This document shows positions 48,362-58,451 of a stretch of DNA of 64,000 nt, in pieces. The notes beneath the pieces are model-generated. The model did not search any database, was not told the DNA's origin, and saw only the letters and a list, made by a program, of their open reading frames with translations. A program made the translations under genes and the position numbers. Source of the DNA: an uncultured Desulfobacter sp. (lineage in GTDB: Bacteria > Desulfobacterota > Desulfobacteria > Desulfobacterales > Desulfobacteraceae); assembly GCA_963665095.1 (NCBI GenBank), contig OY762069.1:6560001-6624000 (forward strand), given 5' to 3'. The stretch's first letter is position 1, and the number at the start of each line of letters is the position of its first letter.

Positions 48362-50311
48362 ATGGATGCCATTTTGATAGCAGATGATAATCCGGAGAAT
48401 CTGAAAGTCCTTTCCAGGCTGTTGAGGCAGGCAGGGTACAGAATCCGGGCGGCAACCAACGGGCAGCAGGCGCTCGAAAGCTTCCAGGCAGAGCCGCCGG
48501 ATCTTGTCCTGCTTGATATTCAAATGCCGAAAATGGATGGATATGAAGTTTGTCGTTTGATAAAAGAACAGCCCTGTTACAAGTTAATCCCCGTGATATT
48601 CATCAGCGCCATGGGGGAGTCCTTCAATAAGGTCATGGCGTTCGAGGCCGGTGGCAGCGATTATATCACCAAACCCATCCAGACCGAGGAAGTCCTGGCC
48701 AGAGTTAAAACACATCTGGATCTGTATAAATACCAAAGGGAACTTACGGATAAAAACATTGAACTGCTGCAGCAGTTTAAAGCCACGTTTGAACAGGCGG
48801 CTGTGGGGATTGCCCATATTGATATAACTACCGGGCAATATCTGAAAGTGAACCAGCGCTTTGCCGACATCCTTGGCTATTCAAGGGATGAACTGGTGCA
48901 AAAGACATTAAGGGAAATTACCCACCCTGATTTTCATGAAGAGGACACCTTTCAGGTTGAACTGCTTAAAAAAAAACAGATCCGTTTTTTTGTTAAGGAA
49001 AAACAGTACCTGACCGCCGATGGTTCAAGCGTGTGGTGCAAGGTAACAGTGTCGCTTGCGGATTCTCAACAGGGGAAAACGCCCGGATATCTTTTGTCCA
49101 TCATCGAGGATATCTCCAAAACCAAGGAGATGGAACAGGAGCAGAAGGCGTATGAACGGCTTGTTTTGCAGATGCAAAGGATGGAAGCCATTGGAACGCT
49201 TGCCGGGGGCATTGCCCACGATTTCAACAATATCCTTACCGCCATCATTGGTTTTACGGAGATTGCCCTTGGAGAAGCGTCCAAAGGCACCGTACTGGAG
49301 GAAAGCCTTTATGAGGTATATTCTGCCGGGAAAAGAGCCCGAGAACTGGTGAAACAGATTCTTGCAGTTGGTCGCAGTTCTGATGAAAAAATAAGCCCCA
49401 TTCAGCCCGGAGAGATCACAAAGGAAGTTCTGAAGTTCCTTCGCTCCACCACCCCGGCCACCATTGATATTACCCACCAGATAGACAGTGACGCCTCAAT
49501 CATGGGCAATGCAACCCAGGTCCACCAGTTGTTCATGAACCTTTGTACAAATGCGATCCAGGCAATGGAAGATTCAGGCGGTGTTTTAAATGTGAGCATT
49601 AAAGAGGTGCGCATTAACAAGAAGGACCTCCTGACCGGCATGAAACCGGGACCCTACATCGAAATCAAGGTGTCGGATACAGGTGTCGGCATCGCCCCGG
49701 AATTGATGAAACTGGTTTTTGACCCTTATTTTACAACCAAGGTGCCCGGCGAAGGCACCGGTTTAGGACTGGCAACGGCCCACGGCATTATCAAAAGCTA
49801 CCAGGGTAAAATAGACGTTGACAGTCAACCGGGAAAGGGAGCGACATTCACCATACACCTTCCCGTCTGCCAAGCGCAGGCTAAGAAGCCTGCCGGTGAT
49901 CCGGGGAAGCTGCCATTGGGAAAAGAGCGTATCCTGCTGGTGGATGATGAAATTGCCATTGTCAAAATGGAAACCATACAGCTTGAACGTCTCGGTTATT
50001 CTGTAACCACCAAAATCAATGGCCATGATGCGTTGGAACTGTTCAGGAACAAGCCGAATGATTTTGATCTGGTCTTAACAGACATGACAATGCCGGACAT
50101 TACCGGGGACAAACTGGCCACTGAATTGATGAATATCAGACCCGATATTCCGATTATACTCTGTACTGGGTACAGTAAGCAGATTTCAGAAGAAACCGCT
50201 TCAGAAATGGGGATTAAGGCGTTCATCTATAAACCGGTTACAATGGCGGATATGGCCAAAACTATCCGCAATGTGCTTGATGGGGCAAACGGACAAAGCA
50301 TCGCCCCATGA
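48362..50311 (+). CDS. cytoplasmic hybrid kinase REC-PAS-HisKA-HATPase-REC
   Basis: N-terminal REC, FEQAAVGIA PAS, AHDFNNIL, C-terminal REC. Confidence 0.94.
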   Translation: MDAILIADDNPENLKVLSRLLRQAGYRIRAATNGQQALESFQAEPPDLVLLDIQMPKMDGYEVCRLIKEQPCYKLIPVIFISAMGESFNKVMAFEAGGSDYITKPIQTEEVLARVKTHLDLYKYQRELTDKNIELLQQFKATFEQAAVGIAHIDITTGQYLKVNQRFADILGYSRDELVQKTLREITHPDFHEEDTFQVELLKKKQIRFFVKEKQYLTADGSSVWCKVTVSLADSQQGKTPGYLLSIIEDISKTKEMEQEQKAYERLVLQMQRMEAIGTLAGGIAHDFNNILTAIIGFTEIALGEASKGTVLEESLYEVYSAGKRARELVKQILAVGRSSDEKISPIQPGEITKEVLKFLRSTTPATIDITHQIDSDASIMGNATQVHQLFMNLCTNAIQAMEDSGGVLNVSIKEVRINKKDLLTGMKPGPYIEIKVSDTGVGIAPELMKLVFDPYFTTKVPGEGTGLGLATAHGIIKSYQGKIDVDSQPGKGATFTIHLPVCQAQAKKPAGDPGKLPLGKERILLVDDEIAIVKMETIQLERLGYSVTTKINGHDALELFRNKPNDFDLVLTDMTMPDITGDKLATELMNIRPDIPIILCTGYSKQISEETASEMGIKAFIYKPVTMADMAKTIRNVLDGANGQSIAP

Positions 50312-50369
50312 TGATCTCATTTTGGGTTGCGTCCTTCTGATATTCAGGGTGGATCCTTATAAAAAAGCC

Positions 50370-50408
50370 TTGATCTATTTAATGGCAACTGGTATGACCT
50401 CTTACCAG
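50370..50408 (+). promoter_or_regulatory. promoter with FadR-box-like operator
   Basis: TTGATC-17nt-TATGAC. AACTGGTATGACCTCTT (50387-50403) resembles the FadR consensus AACTGGTCnGACCAGTT. Confidence 0.65.
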
Positions 50409-50440
50409 AAGCTTTTCATTTTAAACAACAAGGATCAAAC

Positions 50441-51157
50441 ATGCCCCTTCTGGATGCGGCCAATGCGGAAAAACCGTTGAAACCGGCGGAAATGGCCGAA
50501 CGAAAAATTCTTGAAGCCATTCTTGACGGCTCATATGGTCCGGGAGTCGCCCTTCCGGCCGAGCGGGTTCTTGCCCAGACCATCGGGGTGACACGGCCCA
50601 CAGTGAGAGAAACCCTTCAGCGGCTGGCCAGGGAAGGGTGGGTGACCATTGCCCATGGCCGGTCCACCCGGGTTAACGATTATCTGGCCAAAGGGGGCTT
50701 GGGGATTTTGAGCACGCTTGTGCGATATAAAGACTCCTTGTCCCATGAGATGATTCTCTCCTTGCTGAAAGCCCGGGTCCTGATGCTGCCCTCTGTGGCG
50801 TGTGAGGCCGTGAAAAGCGATGGCGCGGCTATTTCCGATTATCTGACCCCTTCCCTTGATCTGAATGCGTCTGCCCGGGATTTTTCACGTTTCGATATGG
50901 GGTTGCAGAACCTGATGGTTACCCTGATCGGAAATCCGGTTGTCTCTATGATATTCAATGATTTCAATCCTGTTTACAAGGTCATGGGACCGCGGTATTT
51001 CACCCTGTCGGAGGCAAGATCCCGCTCTTTGAATTATTACGAAGCACTTGCCCAAGCCATTGAAGATTGCCTTGATGTTCGCAGTCTTGTGGAAGTGGAG
51101 ATGCAGGCAGCCGTAAATATCTGGCAGATGGTGCCGCACCAGACAGGGGGCCTGTGA
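50441..51157 (+). CDS. fadR: FadR-type acyl-CoA-responsive GntR regulator
   Basis: LPAER.LA..IGVTR.T.RE.LQRLAR.GW.TI.HG..T.VN, GL.IL.TL, GNP...IFN; closely follows the E. coli FadR pattern. Confidence 0.85.
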   Translation: MPLLDAANAEKPLKPAEMAERKILEAILDGSYGPGVALPAERVLAQTIGVTRPTVRETLQRLAREGWVTIAHGRSTRVNDYLAKGGLGILSTLVRYKDSLSHEMILSLLKARVLMLPSVACEAVKSDGAAISDYLTPSLDLNASARDFSRFDMGLQNLMVTLIGNPVVSMIFNDFNPVYKVMGPRYFTLSEARSRSLNYYEALAQAIEDCLDVRSLVEVEMQAAVNIWQMVPHQTGGL

Positions 51158-52740
51158 TGAGGCTTGGGGACACGAAATCAGATTACGATATTGTGGTCAT
51201 CGGCGGCGGCGTTTCCGGTGCCGGGGTGTTCCATCGGGCCGTGAGTATGGGACTTTCAGCACTGATGGTGGAGGCAAGGGATTTTGCCTGGGGCACATCG
51301 AGCAGGTCTTCCAAAATGGTCCATGGAGGGCTGCGTTATCTGAAACAGGGAAAAATCGGGTTGACCCGGGCCTCTGTCAGGGAGCGCCAGCGCCTTTTAT
51401 CTGTCTATCCCGGTCTTGTGACACCGCTCTCCTTTGTCATGCCGCTTTATAAAGATCTGGGACCGTCCAAAACCGTGATGTCGGCCGGGTTGAATATTTA
51501 CAGTTTTATGGCCGGGCGCCGTCAGCATACTTTTTTTGACCCCGGGCTTCTGGAAGAGACCATTCCGGGGGTGCGCAAAGACCGTCTTGTTTCCGCAGTT
51601 GAGTTCCTCGACGCACAGGTGGATGATGCCCGCCTGGTGTTGCGCCTGATTTTTGACGGGTGCGATGCCGGCGGTCACGCTGTCAACTACGTCAAAGCGT
51701 TCAGCCTTGAGCGGGATGGCAGAGGCCGGGTCTGTGCCGTGAATCTTAAAAGTAGCGACACAGGTATTGAAAAAACAGTCAGGACCCGCGCGGTAATCAA
51801 TGCCACGGGCGCTTTCGCCGAAACCCTTCACCCAAGTCCGGTGAAGGACCTTCATATCCGTCCCCTGCGCGGCAGTCACCTGATTTTTTCAAACGAGAAG
51901 TACCGCCTTGACAAGGTGCTGACCTTTTCTCACCCGACAGACGGCCGGCCCGTGTTTATTTTTCCCTGGGAAACGTGTGTGGTGCTTGGTACCACAGATG
52001 TGGATCATGGTCCGGATTTGTGCCTTGAGCCAGCTATTTCTCAGGAAGAATCTGATTATCTCATGCAGGGACTTGATGCCATTCTGCCTGGAGCAGGGCT
52101 CACACAAGATGATGTCATGGCCACCATTGCCGGGGTTCGCCCGGTGCTGAGTAAAGCGAAAACCAATGCGTCTAAAGAGTCCAGGGACCATGCCGTGTGG
52201 ACGGACAACGGTCTTGTCACGGTCACCGGTGGTAAGCTCACCACCTTTGATCTCATTGCCAGGGATGCCTTAAAAGCAGCAGCGTCTTTTTTACCGGCCA
52301 GGGCGTTAGATAAAGATAATGGCTTTGTGGCGGAAGATGCCGGCGAAACAGGGATGCCATTGCCGGATTTCCCCGGGCTTGATCCGCAAAAAGCCCTGCG
52401 TCTGTCAGGACGTTACGGCAACAGGGCCTGCCAGTTGGTAAAACGCCTTGACACGCACACGAGAAAAGATCTGTTTGATCCTGTGGACCGGACCCGGACC
52501 CTTTGGGCGGAAATTTTGCATGCCGCGGCCTGCGAACAGGTCATGCACCTTGACGATCTGCTCCTGCGCCGGGTGCGGATAGGGCTGTTGCTGCCCAATG
52601 GCGGCATGGATGTGATGCCGCAGATTAAAGCGTTGACATCACCGGTGCTGGGCTGGGATGATGCGCAGTGGCAGCAGGAAATAACCGCTTATAAGAATGT
52701 GTGGCAACACCATTATTCACCAAATCCATGGCAGGTGTAA
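51154..52740 (+). CDS. glycerol-3-phosphate dehydrogenase-like FAD oxidoreductase
   Basis: IGGG..GAG, GTSSRSSKMVHGGLRYL, DDARL, GSHL, GTTD, GVRP, GGKLTT, LLRRVR.GL. Confidence 0.92.
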   Translation: MMRLGDTKSDYDIVVIGGGVSGAGVFHRAVSMGLSALMVEARDFAWGTSSRSSKMVHGGLRYLKQGKIGLTRASVRERQRLLSVYPGLVTPLSFVMPLYKDLGPSKTVMSAGLNIYSFMAGRRQHTFFDPGLLEETIPGVRKDRLVSAVEFLDAQVDDARLVLRLIFDGCDAGGHAVNYVKAFSLERDGRGRVCAVNLKSSDTGIEKTVRTRAVINATGAFAETLHPSPVKDLHIRPLRGSHLIFSNEKYRLDKVLTFSHPTDGRPVFIFPWETCVVLGTTDVDHGPDLCLEPAISQEESDYLMQGLDAILPGAGLTQDDVMATIAGVRPVLSKAKTNASKESRDHAVWTDNGLVTVTGGKLTTFDLIARDALKAAASFLPARALDKDNGFVAEDAGETGMPLPDFPGLDPQKALRLSGRYGNRACQLVKRLDTHTRKDLFDPVDRTRTLWAEILHAAACEQVMHLDDLLLRRVRIGLLLPNGGMDVMPQIKALTSPVLGWDDAQWQQEITAYKNVWQHHYSPNPWQV

Positions 52741-52741
52741 T

Positions 52742-54286
52742 ATGGCAGACCATCTTTTGTCCATCGACTGCGGCACCCAGAGCATCCGGGCGCTTGTTTT
52801 TGATGCCAGCGGCAATATGCTGGCAGGATCCCAGAAAGAGTACGCCCCATATGAAAGTCCTGAACCGGGCCTTGCCGAACAGGACCCTGAGGTGTTCTGG
52901 CAGGGACTGATCCAGGTGTGCCGGACCATCCGGAAAGACTACCCAAAGCTTATGGCGCGTGTGGCCGGGGTGGGGGTGGCGGCCCAGCGGGACACCATGA
53001 TCAATGTGGACGAAAAAGGAGAGCCGCTTCGGCCCGCCATTGTCTGGATGGACCAGCGAAGGGCACAGCCTGAGTTTGCCGCCACAGGAATTCTGGGGGG
53101 TGCTGTGGCACTCACCGGACTGAAAAAACGCCTCATGGACGCCCAGGCCCAGGCCAAATGCAACTGGCTGCGCCAGAAACAACCTGCTATCTGGCAGGTT
53201 ACCCACAAGTACCTGCAGGTGTCGGGGTTTTTGAACTTCCGGCTCACCGGCCTTTTTAACGATTCCATTGCCTCCCAGATCGGGCACGTGCCCTTTGATT
53301 ATAAAAAACAGACCTGGGCTGGAAATTTGAGCCTGACCCGCAGGCTTTTTCCCATTGAACCCTCAAAACTGCCCATGCTGGCAGAACCAGGTAAAATTTT
53401 GGGAAATGTGACACCGGAGGCTGCCGCACTCACCGGCATCCCGGCGGGGCTTCCCGTGATCGCCTGCGGATCGGACAAAGGGTGTGAAACCCTGGGCAAC
53501 GGCGTTACCGACCCATCCATGGTCTCTTTGAGTTTCGGGACCATGGCCACGGTGCAGACCACCACACCAAAGTACTTTGAGGCCATCTCCCTGATGCCGC
53601 CTTATCCGGCCCCCATGCCCGGCCACTTTAATCCTGAGGTGGAGATTTACCGGGGCTTCTGGATGATCTCCTGGTTTAAGAACCAGTTTGCCCATAAAGA
53701 GGTGGAAGAGGCAAAAGCGGCAGGAACGGTGCCAGAAAAATTGCTGGACCAGTGCCTGGATCGCACCCCGCCGGGTGCCATGGGCCTTGTGGTGCAGCCT
53801 TACTGGGGACCGGGCCTTGAGCGGCCCGGGGCCAAGGGTGCCATGATCGGGTTCGGTGACGTCCATACCCGTGACCATGTTTACCGGGCCGTGATCGAGG
53901 GTCTTGGCTTTGCCCTGAAAGAGGGGATGGAGGCGATCCAGGCCAAGTCCGGGGTAAAGGTCCAGGCGTGTGCACTGTCCGGGGGTGCCAGTCAGAGCGA
54001 GGCCATCTGCCGGATTGCCGCTGATATTTTTAACCTGCCCATGCAGGCCGGGGCCACCCATGAAACCTCCGGCCTAGGTGCGGCCGTGGTAACGGCTGCC
54101 GGCACCGGCATCTATCCGGACATCAAAACCGCCTGTACCCGAATGACCCGGCCGGCAAAACGGTTTGAACCGGACCCCTCCCACGCGGCCGTGTATGAGC
54201 AGCTCTATCATCAGGTCTATAAAAAGATGTATCACCGTCTGTCGCCTTTGTATAAACAGATTCAAACCATAACAGGATATCCTTGA
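52742..54286 (+). CDS. FGGY family carbohydrate/polyol kinase
   Basis: SIDCGTQSIRA, EQDP, W.DQR, DKGCE..G, RAVIEG, SGGASQS, GLGAA. Confidence 0.92.
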   Translation: MADHLLSIDCGTQSIRALVFDASGNMLAGSQKEYAPYESPEPGLAEQDPEVFWQGLIQVCRTIRKDYPKLMARVAGVGVAAQRDTMINVDEKGEPLRPAIVWMDQRRAQPEFAATGILGGAVALTGLKKRLMDAQAQAKCNWLRQKQPAIWQVTHKYLQVSGFLNFRLTGLFNDSIASQIGHVPFDYKKQTWAGNLSLTRRLFPIEPSKLPMLAEPGKILGNVTPEAAALTGIPAGLPVIACGSDKGCETLGNGVTDPSMVSLSFGTMATVQTTTPKYFEAISLMPPYPAPMPGHFNPEVEIYRGFWMISWFKNQFAHKEVEEAKAAGTVPEKLLDQCLDRTPPGAMGLVVQPYWGPGLERPGAKGAMIGFGDVHTRDHVYRAVIEGLGFALKEGMEAIQAKSGVKVQACALSGGASQSEAICRIAADIFNLPMQAGATHETSGLGAAVVTAAGTGIYPDIKTACTRMTRPAKRFEPDPSHAAVYEQLYHQVYKKMYHRLSPLYKQIQTITGYP

Positions 54287-54287
54287 A

Positions 54288-55982
54288 ATGAGTTCACAGC
54301 CCAAGACGCCATTCGTCCCTGCCTGGATTGAGACCCCGCCCGGCCAAAATACCTTTCGTTCCATCTTGAAATGGGGGGCACCGGACGCCTTTAAAAATCC
54401 CAGCCCCGGATTCTTAAAGGTGATTAAAGAACAGCTTCATCTGACGGATTCTGATTTCAAGGCCCCGGCAGATACAGGAAACAACCAGATCCCCGATACC
54501 ATTGAATCGACCCCGGCGGCGCTGAATGTCGCGGCATTTGAAGAGGTTGCAGGCATGGAAAATGTCTGTGTCAGCGGTCCTGAGCGGCTTCGGTATTCCA
54601 GCGGCAAGGCCATGGAGGATCTCATGGCGCTTCGTAAAGGGAACATATCGGATACCTGCGACATTGTGGTCCATCCCAGGGATAAGGCAGATGTGCAGAA
54701 GGTGGTGGCCCTGTGCCATGAGAAGCGAATCCCTTTGCATATCTACAGCGGGGGCAGTTCCGTGGTCTCCGGCCTTAACTGTCCAAAGGGCGGGGTGACG
54801 CTGGTGATCTCCACCCATATGAACCGGATGATCCGGTTTAATGAGACGGACCAGACCATCACCGTGGAGCCGGGCATGTCAGGGCCTTTTTACGAGGAAC
54901 TGCTCAACCAGGCAAAAACGCGGCTCAACGCCCGGTGCGCCTATACCGGGGGCCATTTCCCCCAGAGTTTTGAGTTCTCCACAGTGGGTGGCTGGATATC
55001 GGCCCTTGGGTCGGGCCAGGCATCCTCCCTTTACGGGGATGCCGCCGATCTCGTTATCGCCCAGGAGTATGTGACCCCCGCCGGCACCTTTGAAACCCAT
55101 GCCTATCCGGCCACAGCCACAGGCCCCAAGGTGGGTGAAATCATGAAAGGGTCGGAAGGCGCTTTGGGTGTGCTGGTCTCCGTGACTTTGAAAGTATTTG
55201 AATACCTGCCTGAAAATAACCGGCAGTTTGCCTTTATGTTTCCCGATTTTACAACCGCTGTTGAAGCCGGCCGTATGATTTGCCAGGGCCGGTTCGGCAT
55301 GCCCGCCATTTTCAGAATCTCCGATGCCGAGGAGACCGATGTGGCGCTTCAGATGTACGGCCTTGACAAAGGGATTCTGGCAAAATTTCTGAAATTCAGG
55401 GGCATGGAGCCGGGCAAACGGTGTCTGGTCATGGGCCAGGCCGAAGGGGAGAAAGGCTTTGCCGCCAATGTGGCAAGAATGGTGAAAAAAACCGCAAAGC
55501 AGCACGGCGGCCTCTATCTCACCGGCTATCCCATGGCCAAGTGGTACCACGGCCGGTTTTCCGACCCTTATCTGCGGGATGCCCTCAATGATTTCGGGGT
55601 CCTCATCGACACCCTGGAGTGCGCCACTACCTGGGAGAACCTGCACCACCTGCACCGGGAGGTAAGGGCTAAGGTGAAATCCAGGCCCCGTACCATCTGC
55701 ATGACCCATGCATCCCATTTTTACGCCCAGGGCACCAATCTCTATTTTATTTTCATCACCCGGGAGTCGGATCTTGAGGATTTCAGGCGATACCAGCGCA
55801 CCATCATTGACGCCATTGAGGCGGCTGGCGGATCTTTAAGCCACCACCACGGGGTCGGGCGGATGATGGCTCCGTGGATGGAACGGCATTTAGGCGCCGT
55901 TCAGATGGATATCCTGCGCGCACTTAAAAATCACCTCGATCCCAACGGTATCATGAATCCGGGTGCCTTGGGGCTGCCTTGA
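54288..55982 (+). CDS. alkyl-dihydroxyacetonephosphate synthase-like FAD oxidoreductase
   Basis: GG.SV, GHFPQSFEFSTVGGWI, GSEG.LGV, R.SD..ET, DTLE.A..W, H.SH.Y..G..LYF.F, SHHHGVG, DP.GIMNPG. Confidence 0.88.
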   Translation: MSSQPKTPFVPAWIETPPGQNTFRSILKWGAPDAFKNPSPGFLKVIKEQLHLTDSDFKAPADTGNNQIPDTIESTPAALNVAAFEEVAGMENVCVSGPERLRYSSGKAMEDLMALRKGNISDTCDIVVHPRDKADVQKVVALCHEKRIPLHIYSGGSSVVSGLNCPKGGVTLVISTHMNRMIRFNETDQTITVEPGMSGPFYEELLNQAKTRLNARCAYTGGHFPQSFEFSTVGGWISALGSGQASSLYGDAADLVIAQEYVTPAGTFETHAYPATATGPKVGEIMKGSEGALGVLVSVTLKVFEYLPENNRQFAFMFPDFTTAVEAGRMICQGRFGMPAIFRISDAEETDVALQMYGLDKGILAKFLKFRGMEPGKRCLVMGQAEGEKGFAANVARMVKKTAKQHGGLYLTGYPMAKWYHGRFSDPYLRDALNDFGVLIDTLECATTWENLHHLHREVRAKVKSRPRTICMTHASHFYAQGTNLYFIFITRESDLEDFRRYQRTIIDAIEAAGGSLSHHHGVGRMMAPWMERHLGAVQMDILRALKNHLDPNGIMNPGALGLP

Positions 55983-55988
55983 TTTGGT

Positions 55989-57257
55989 TTAAAATAGTCC
56001 GGTAAACGGATTGGACAGCTTTTTATCAATTCGGTTCAGGTTTGCCAGCCGTTTCATATCCCGGGTCAGGTTATCCATGCACTGCTCAATGGATTCCCGG
56101 GTGTCCAGGATATCTTTCCGGGTCTGGATCATATCGAAAAACGTATTAACCACAACCGGATCAAACCGGGTGCCGCTGCCGATTCTCAGCTGTCCCAGGG
56201 CTGCGGTCAGGCCCATTTTGCCAAGCTTGGCCCGGCCCGATATCATGGTGTCAAAGGCATCACAGAGCGTGATGATCCGGGCACCTAAGGGAATCTGTTC
56301 TCCTTTGATCCCGTCGGGGTAGCCTGTGCCGTCAAACAGTTCATGGTGGGCCCGGACAAGCGGAGAGATGTCTCCTAAAAATGTCAACGGCGCAAGAATG
56401 TCTGCCCCGAGCACCGGGTGTTTTTTAATATCTTCCATCTGTCTGGCGTTGAGTTTTCCCAAACGGCTCAGGGTCTGGTCCCGGGTGCCGATTTTGCCGA
56501 TGTCATGCAGGAGGGCGGCATGGTGGATTCTGTCAATTTCCCCATTTTCCAAACCCATGTGTACAGCCACAGCCTTTGCCAGCCTTGCAACGGTCTTAGA
56601 GTGACCGTGGGTGGCCGGGTCCCGGGCCTCAATGGCCAGAGCAAACCCCTTGATAATCTGTCCGTACAGATCCAGCATCTGTTCGTCGTACACCAGGGCC
56701 TTTTCAAGGGCGATGGCACCCTGCTCGGACAGGGCCGTTAAAAATTCAAGCTCATCTTCGGACAGGGTGCGTGTGGCGGTAAAGTAGACGGCAAGAAGGC
56801 CTTTAAAGGAGCCCGTGATATCCACATAAAGGCCGGTAATGGCATTGATCAGGTGTTTGCCCAAACGCTCGAGATCCGGGATGCGGGGGTCATTTCGGGC
56901 ATCTGTGATGACAATGGGGCCAAAAGTGTCAGGATCAAACAGGGTGACCAGGGTGGAATAGTCCACCCGCGAAAGACTGCGAAAATCAAACCCGTGGCTG
57001 ATCTTGGTTTCGATTTTTTGGCTCTGGGTATTCAGAATCCAGAAAATGGCGCCCTTGGCACGCAGCAGATCTGCGGAATGGGAGACAATGCAGGACAGAA
57101 TGTCGGCCACCCCGGTGTTTGCATGGATCTGCTTGCTGATGCCGGCAAACAGTCGGAAATAATCCCGGAACCGGTCTGACGGGTTTTGCTTTTGATCTGG
57201 GGAATGGGTTGTCTGTCCGGTTTTCCTGGGAGGCAAAAGGGATGAAGGGATATTCAT
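55989..57257 (-). CDS. GAF + HD-GYP cyclic di-nucleotide phosphodiesterase
   Basis: T.GHS, LHDIGK, HP..GA, HHE..DGTGYP, DAFD.M. Confidence 0.93.
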   Translation of the reverse strand: MNIPSSLLPPRKTGQTTHSPDQKQNPSDRFRDYFRLFAGISKQIHANTGVADILSCIVSHSADLLRAKGAIFWILNTQSQKIETKISHGFDFRSLSRVDYSTLVTLFDPDTFGPIVITDARNDPRIPDLERLGKHLINAITGLYVDITGSFKGLLAVYFTATRTLSEDELEFLTALSEQGAIALEKALVYDEQMLDLYGQIIKGFALAIEARDPATHGHSKTVARLAKAVAVHMGLENGEIDRIHHAALLHDIGKIGTRDQTLSRLGKLNARQMEDIKKHPVLGADILAPLTFLGDISPLVRAHHELFDGTGYPDGIKGEQIPLGARIITLCDAFDTMISGRAKLGKMGLTAALGQLRIGSGTRFDPVVVNTFFDMIQTRKDILDTRESIEQCMDNLTRDMKRLANLNRIDKKLSNPFTGLF

Positions 57258-57275
57258 GAAACGTGTCTCTCCTTT

Positions 57276-58448
57276 TTAAAAAAAATTCATCCAGGCCTGA
57301 TTAAATGTTTTCGCCATTTTTTTCTGGAACCGGGCCACCACATCCAGGTGCCGGTTCAACGCCTTAATCTGCTCCGGTTCAAGGGCATCCAGATCAATGC
57401 AGTTGGGTTCCAGGTGGCCGGTGCTGCCGGTCAGATGGGTTTTCAGCTTCAGCCGGGTCAGAAAGATAAAGGTGTCCATTAAGTCTTGGCACGCCTGCTC
57501 GGAAAGCACCTGGTCCCGGCCCAGCCGTTCCAGCCGATGGAGTGTGGCAGGTGTACGGATACCGTGGTTTACGGCAAATATCCGGGCTCCGTTAACCAGG
57601 TGGGCCAGGCCCTGGGTTTTCAGGTTAAAGCACCTGGAACAGCCTTTCTTTTTAATTGTTCTGATCCGGTTGAATCTGGTTTTAGGTGGCGCAAACAACT
57701 GGTCGTCCCTGACCAGAAAGTGGCTGGCTGCCGTGTGGGCCTCAAAGTTTTTAAACACCCGTTCCTGCAGGGTTGCGCCCAGACGGGCATCCCCGAATAC
57801 AGGTTTAAAATCCAGGAATATGGTCAGTTTGCGCACCGCATCAGGGTCTGCAGATCCCACCCAGCTGTCCAGGGCCGTGAGCCACCTGCCAAGGGAGTGG
57901 CACCACTGAGGGTTGCTGGCCATGATATTTCCCTTGCACAGGGCAAACCCGAACCGGTCCAGCCCGGCTGTCACTGTCCTGCCGAGTTGCGCAAAATAGT
58001 CGGCGGCCGGATTCAGCATATCTTCGGGTGGGTCTGCATAGATCAGGGCATTGTCCTGGTCGGTTCTGATTACCTGTTCTCCCCTGGCATCAGATCCCAT
58101 GGAGATCCAGCAGAAGGGCAGGGGCGGACCGTTTCCCGTCCCGGCTTCTATGTCCGCCATACTGTCCCGGATGATTCTGGCGGTTACGAGGGTGTTGAAC
58201 CGGGATACCCGGTCAAACAGAAACGACAGGGATGGCTTTTCAAATGTGGCAGGCATTGTCAGGCACGCAAGAATCCAGTCATCCATCCGGTCGGCAAGGC
58301 CTGAATCATACAGGTCAAGGTCCGGAATTGTTTCAAGCAGGGCTTTATACTGGCGGTCCAGCCCCATAATACCCTCATGGGCAGGCTGTGCCGGTATATC
58401 CGGAAGCACCTTTAGTTTTCCCGGTTTTATTCTGTTCGGGGTATGCAT
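57276..58448 (-). CDS. DUF294 nucleotidyltransferase-like protein
   Basis: MGS.AR.EQ...TDQDNAL, C.GNIMASNP.W, IFLDF, and DUF294_C segment NLK..G...L..AR...T..RL. Confidence 0.9.
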   Translation of the reverse strand: MHTPNRIKPGKLKVLPDIPAQPAHEGIMGLDRQYKALLETIPDLDLYDSGLADRMDDWILACLTMPATFEKPSLSFLFDRVSRFNTLVTARIIRDSMADIEAGTGNGPPLPFCWISMGSDARGEQVIRTDQDNALIYADPPEDMLNPAADYFAQLGRTVTAGLDRFGFALCKGNIMASNPQWCHSLGRWLTALDSWVGSADPDAVRKLTIFLDFKPVFGDARLGATLQERVFKNFEAHTAASHFLVRDDQLFAPPKTRFNRIRTIKKKGCSRCFNLKTQGLAHLVNGARIFAVNHGIRTPATLHRLERLGRDQVLSEQACQDLMDTFIFLTRLKLKTHLTGSTGHLEPNCIDLDALEPEQIKALNRHLDVVARFQKKMAKTFNQAWMNFF

Positions 58449-58451
58449 GGC

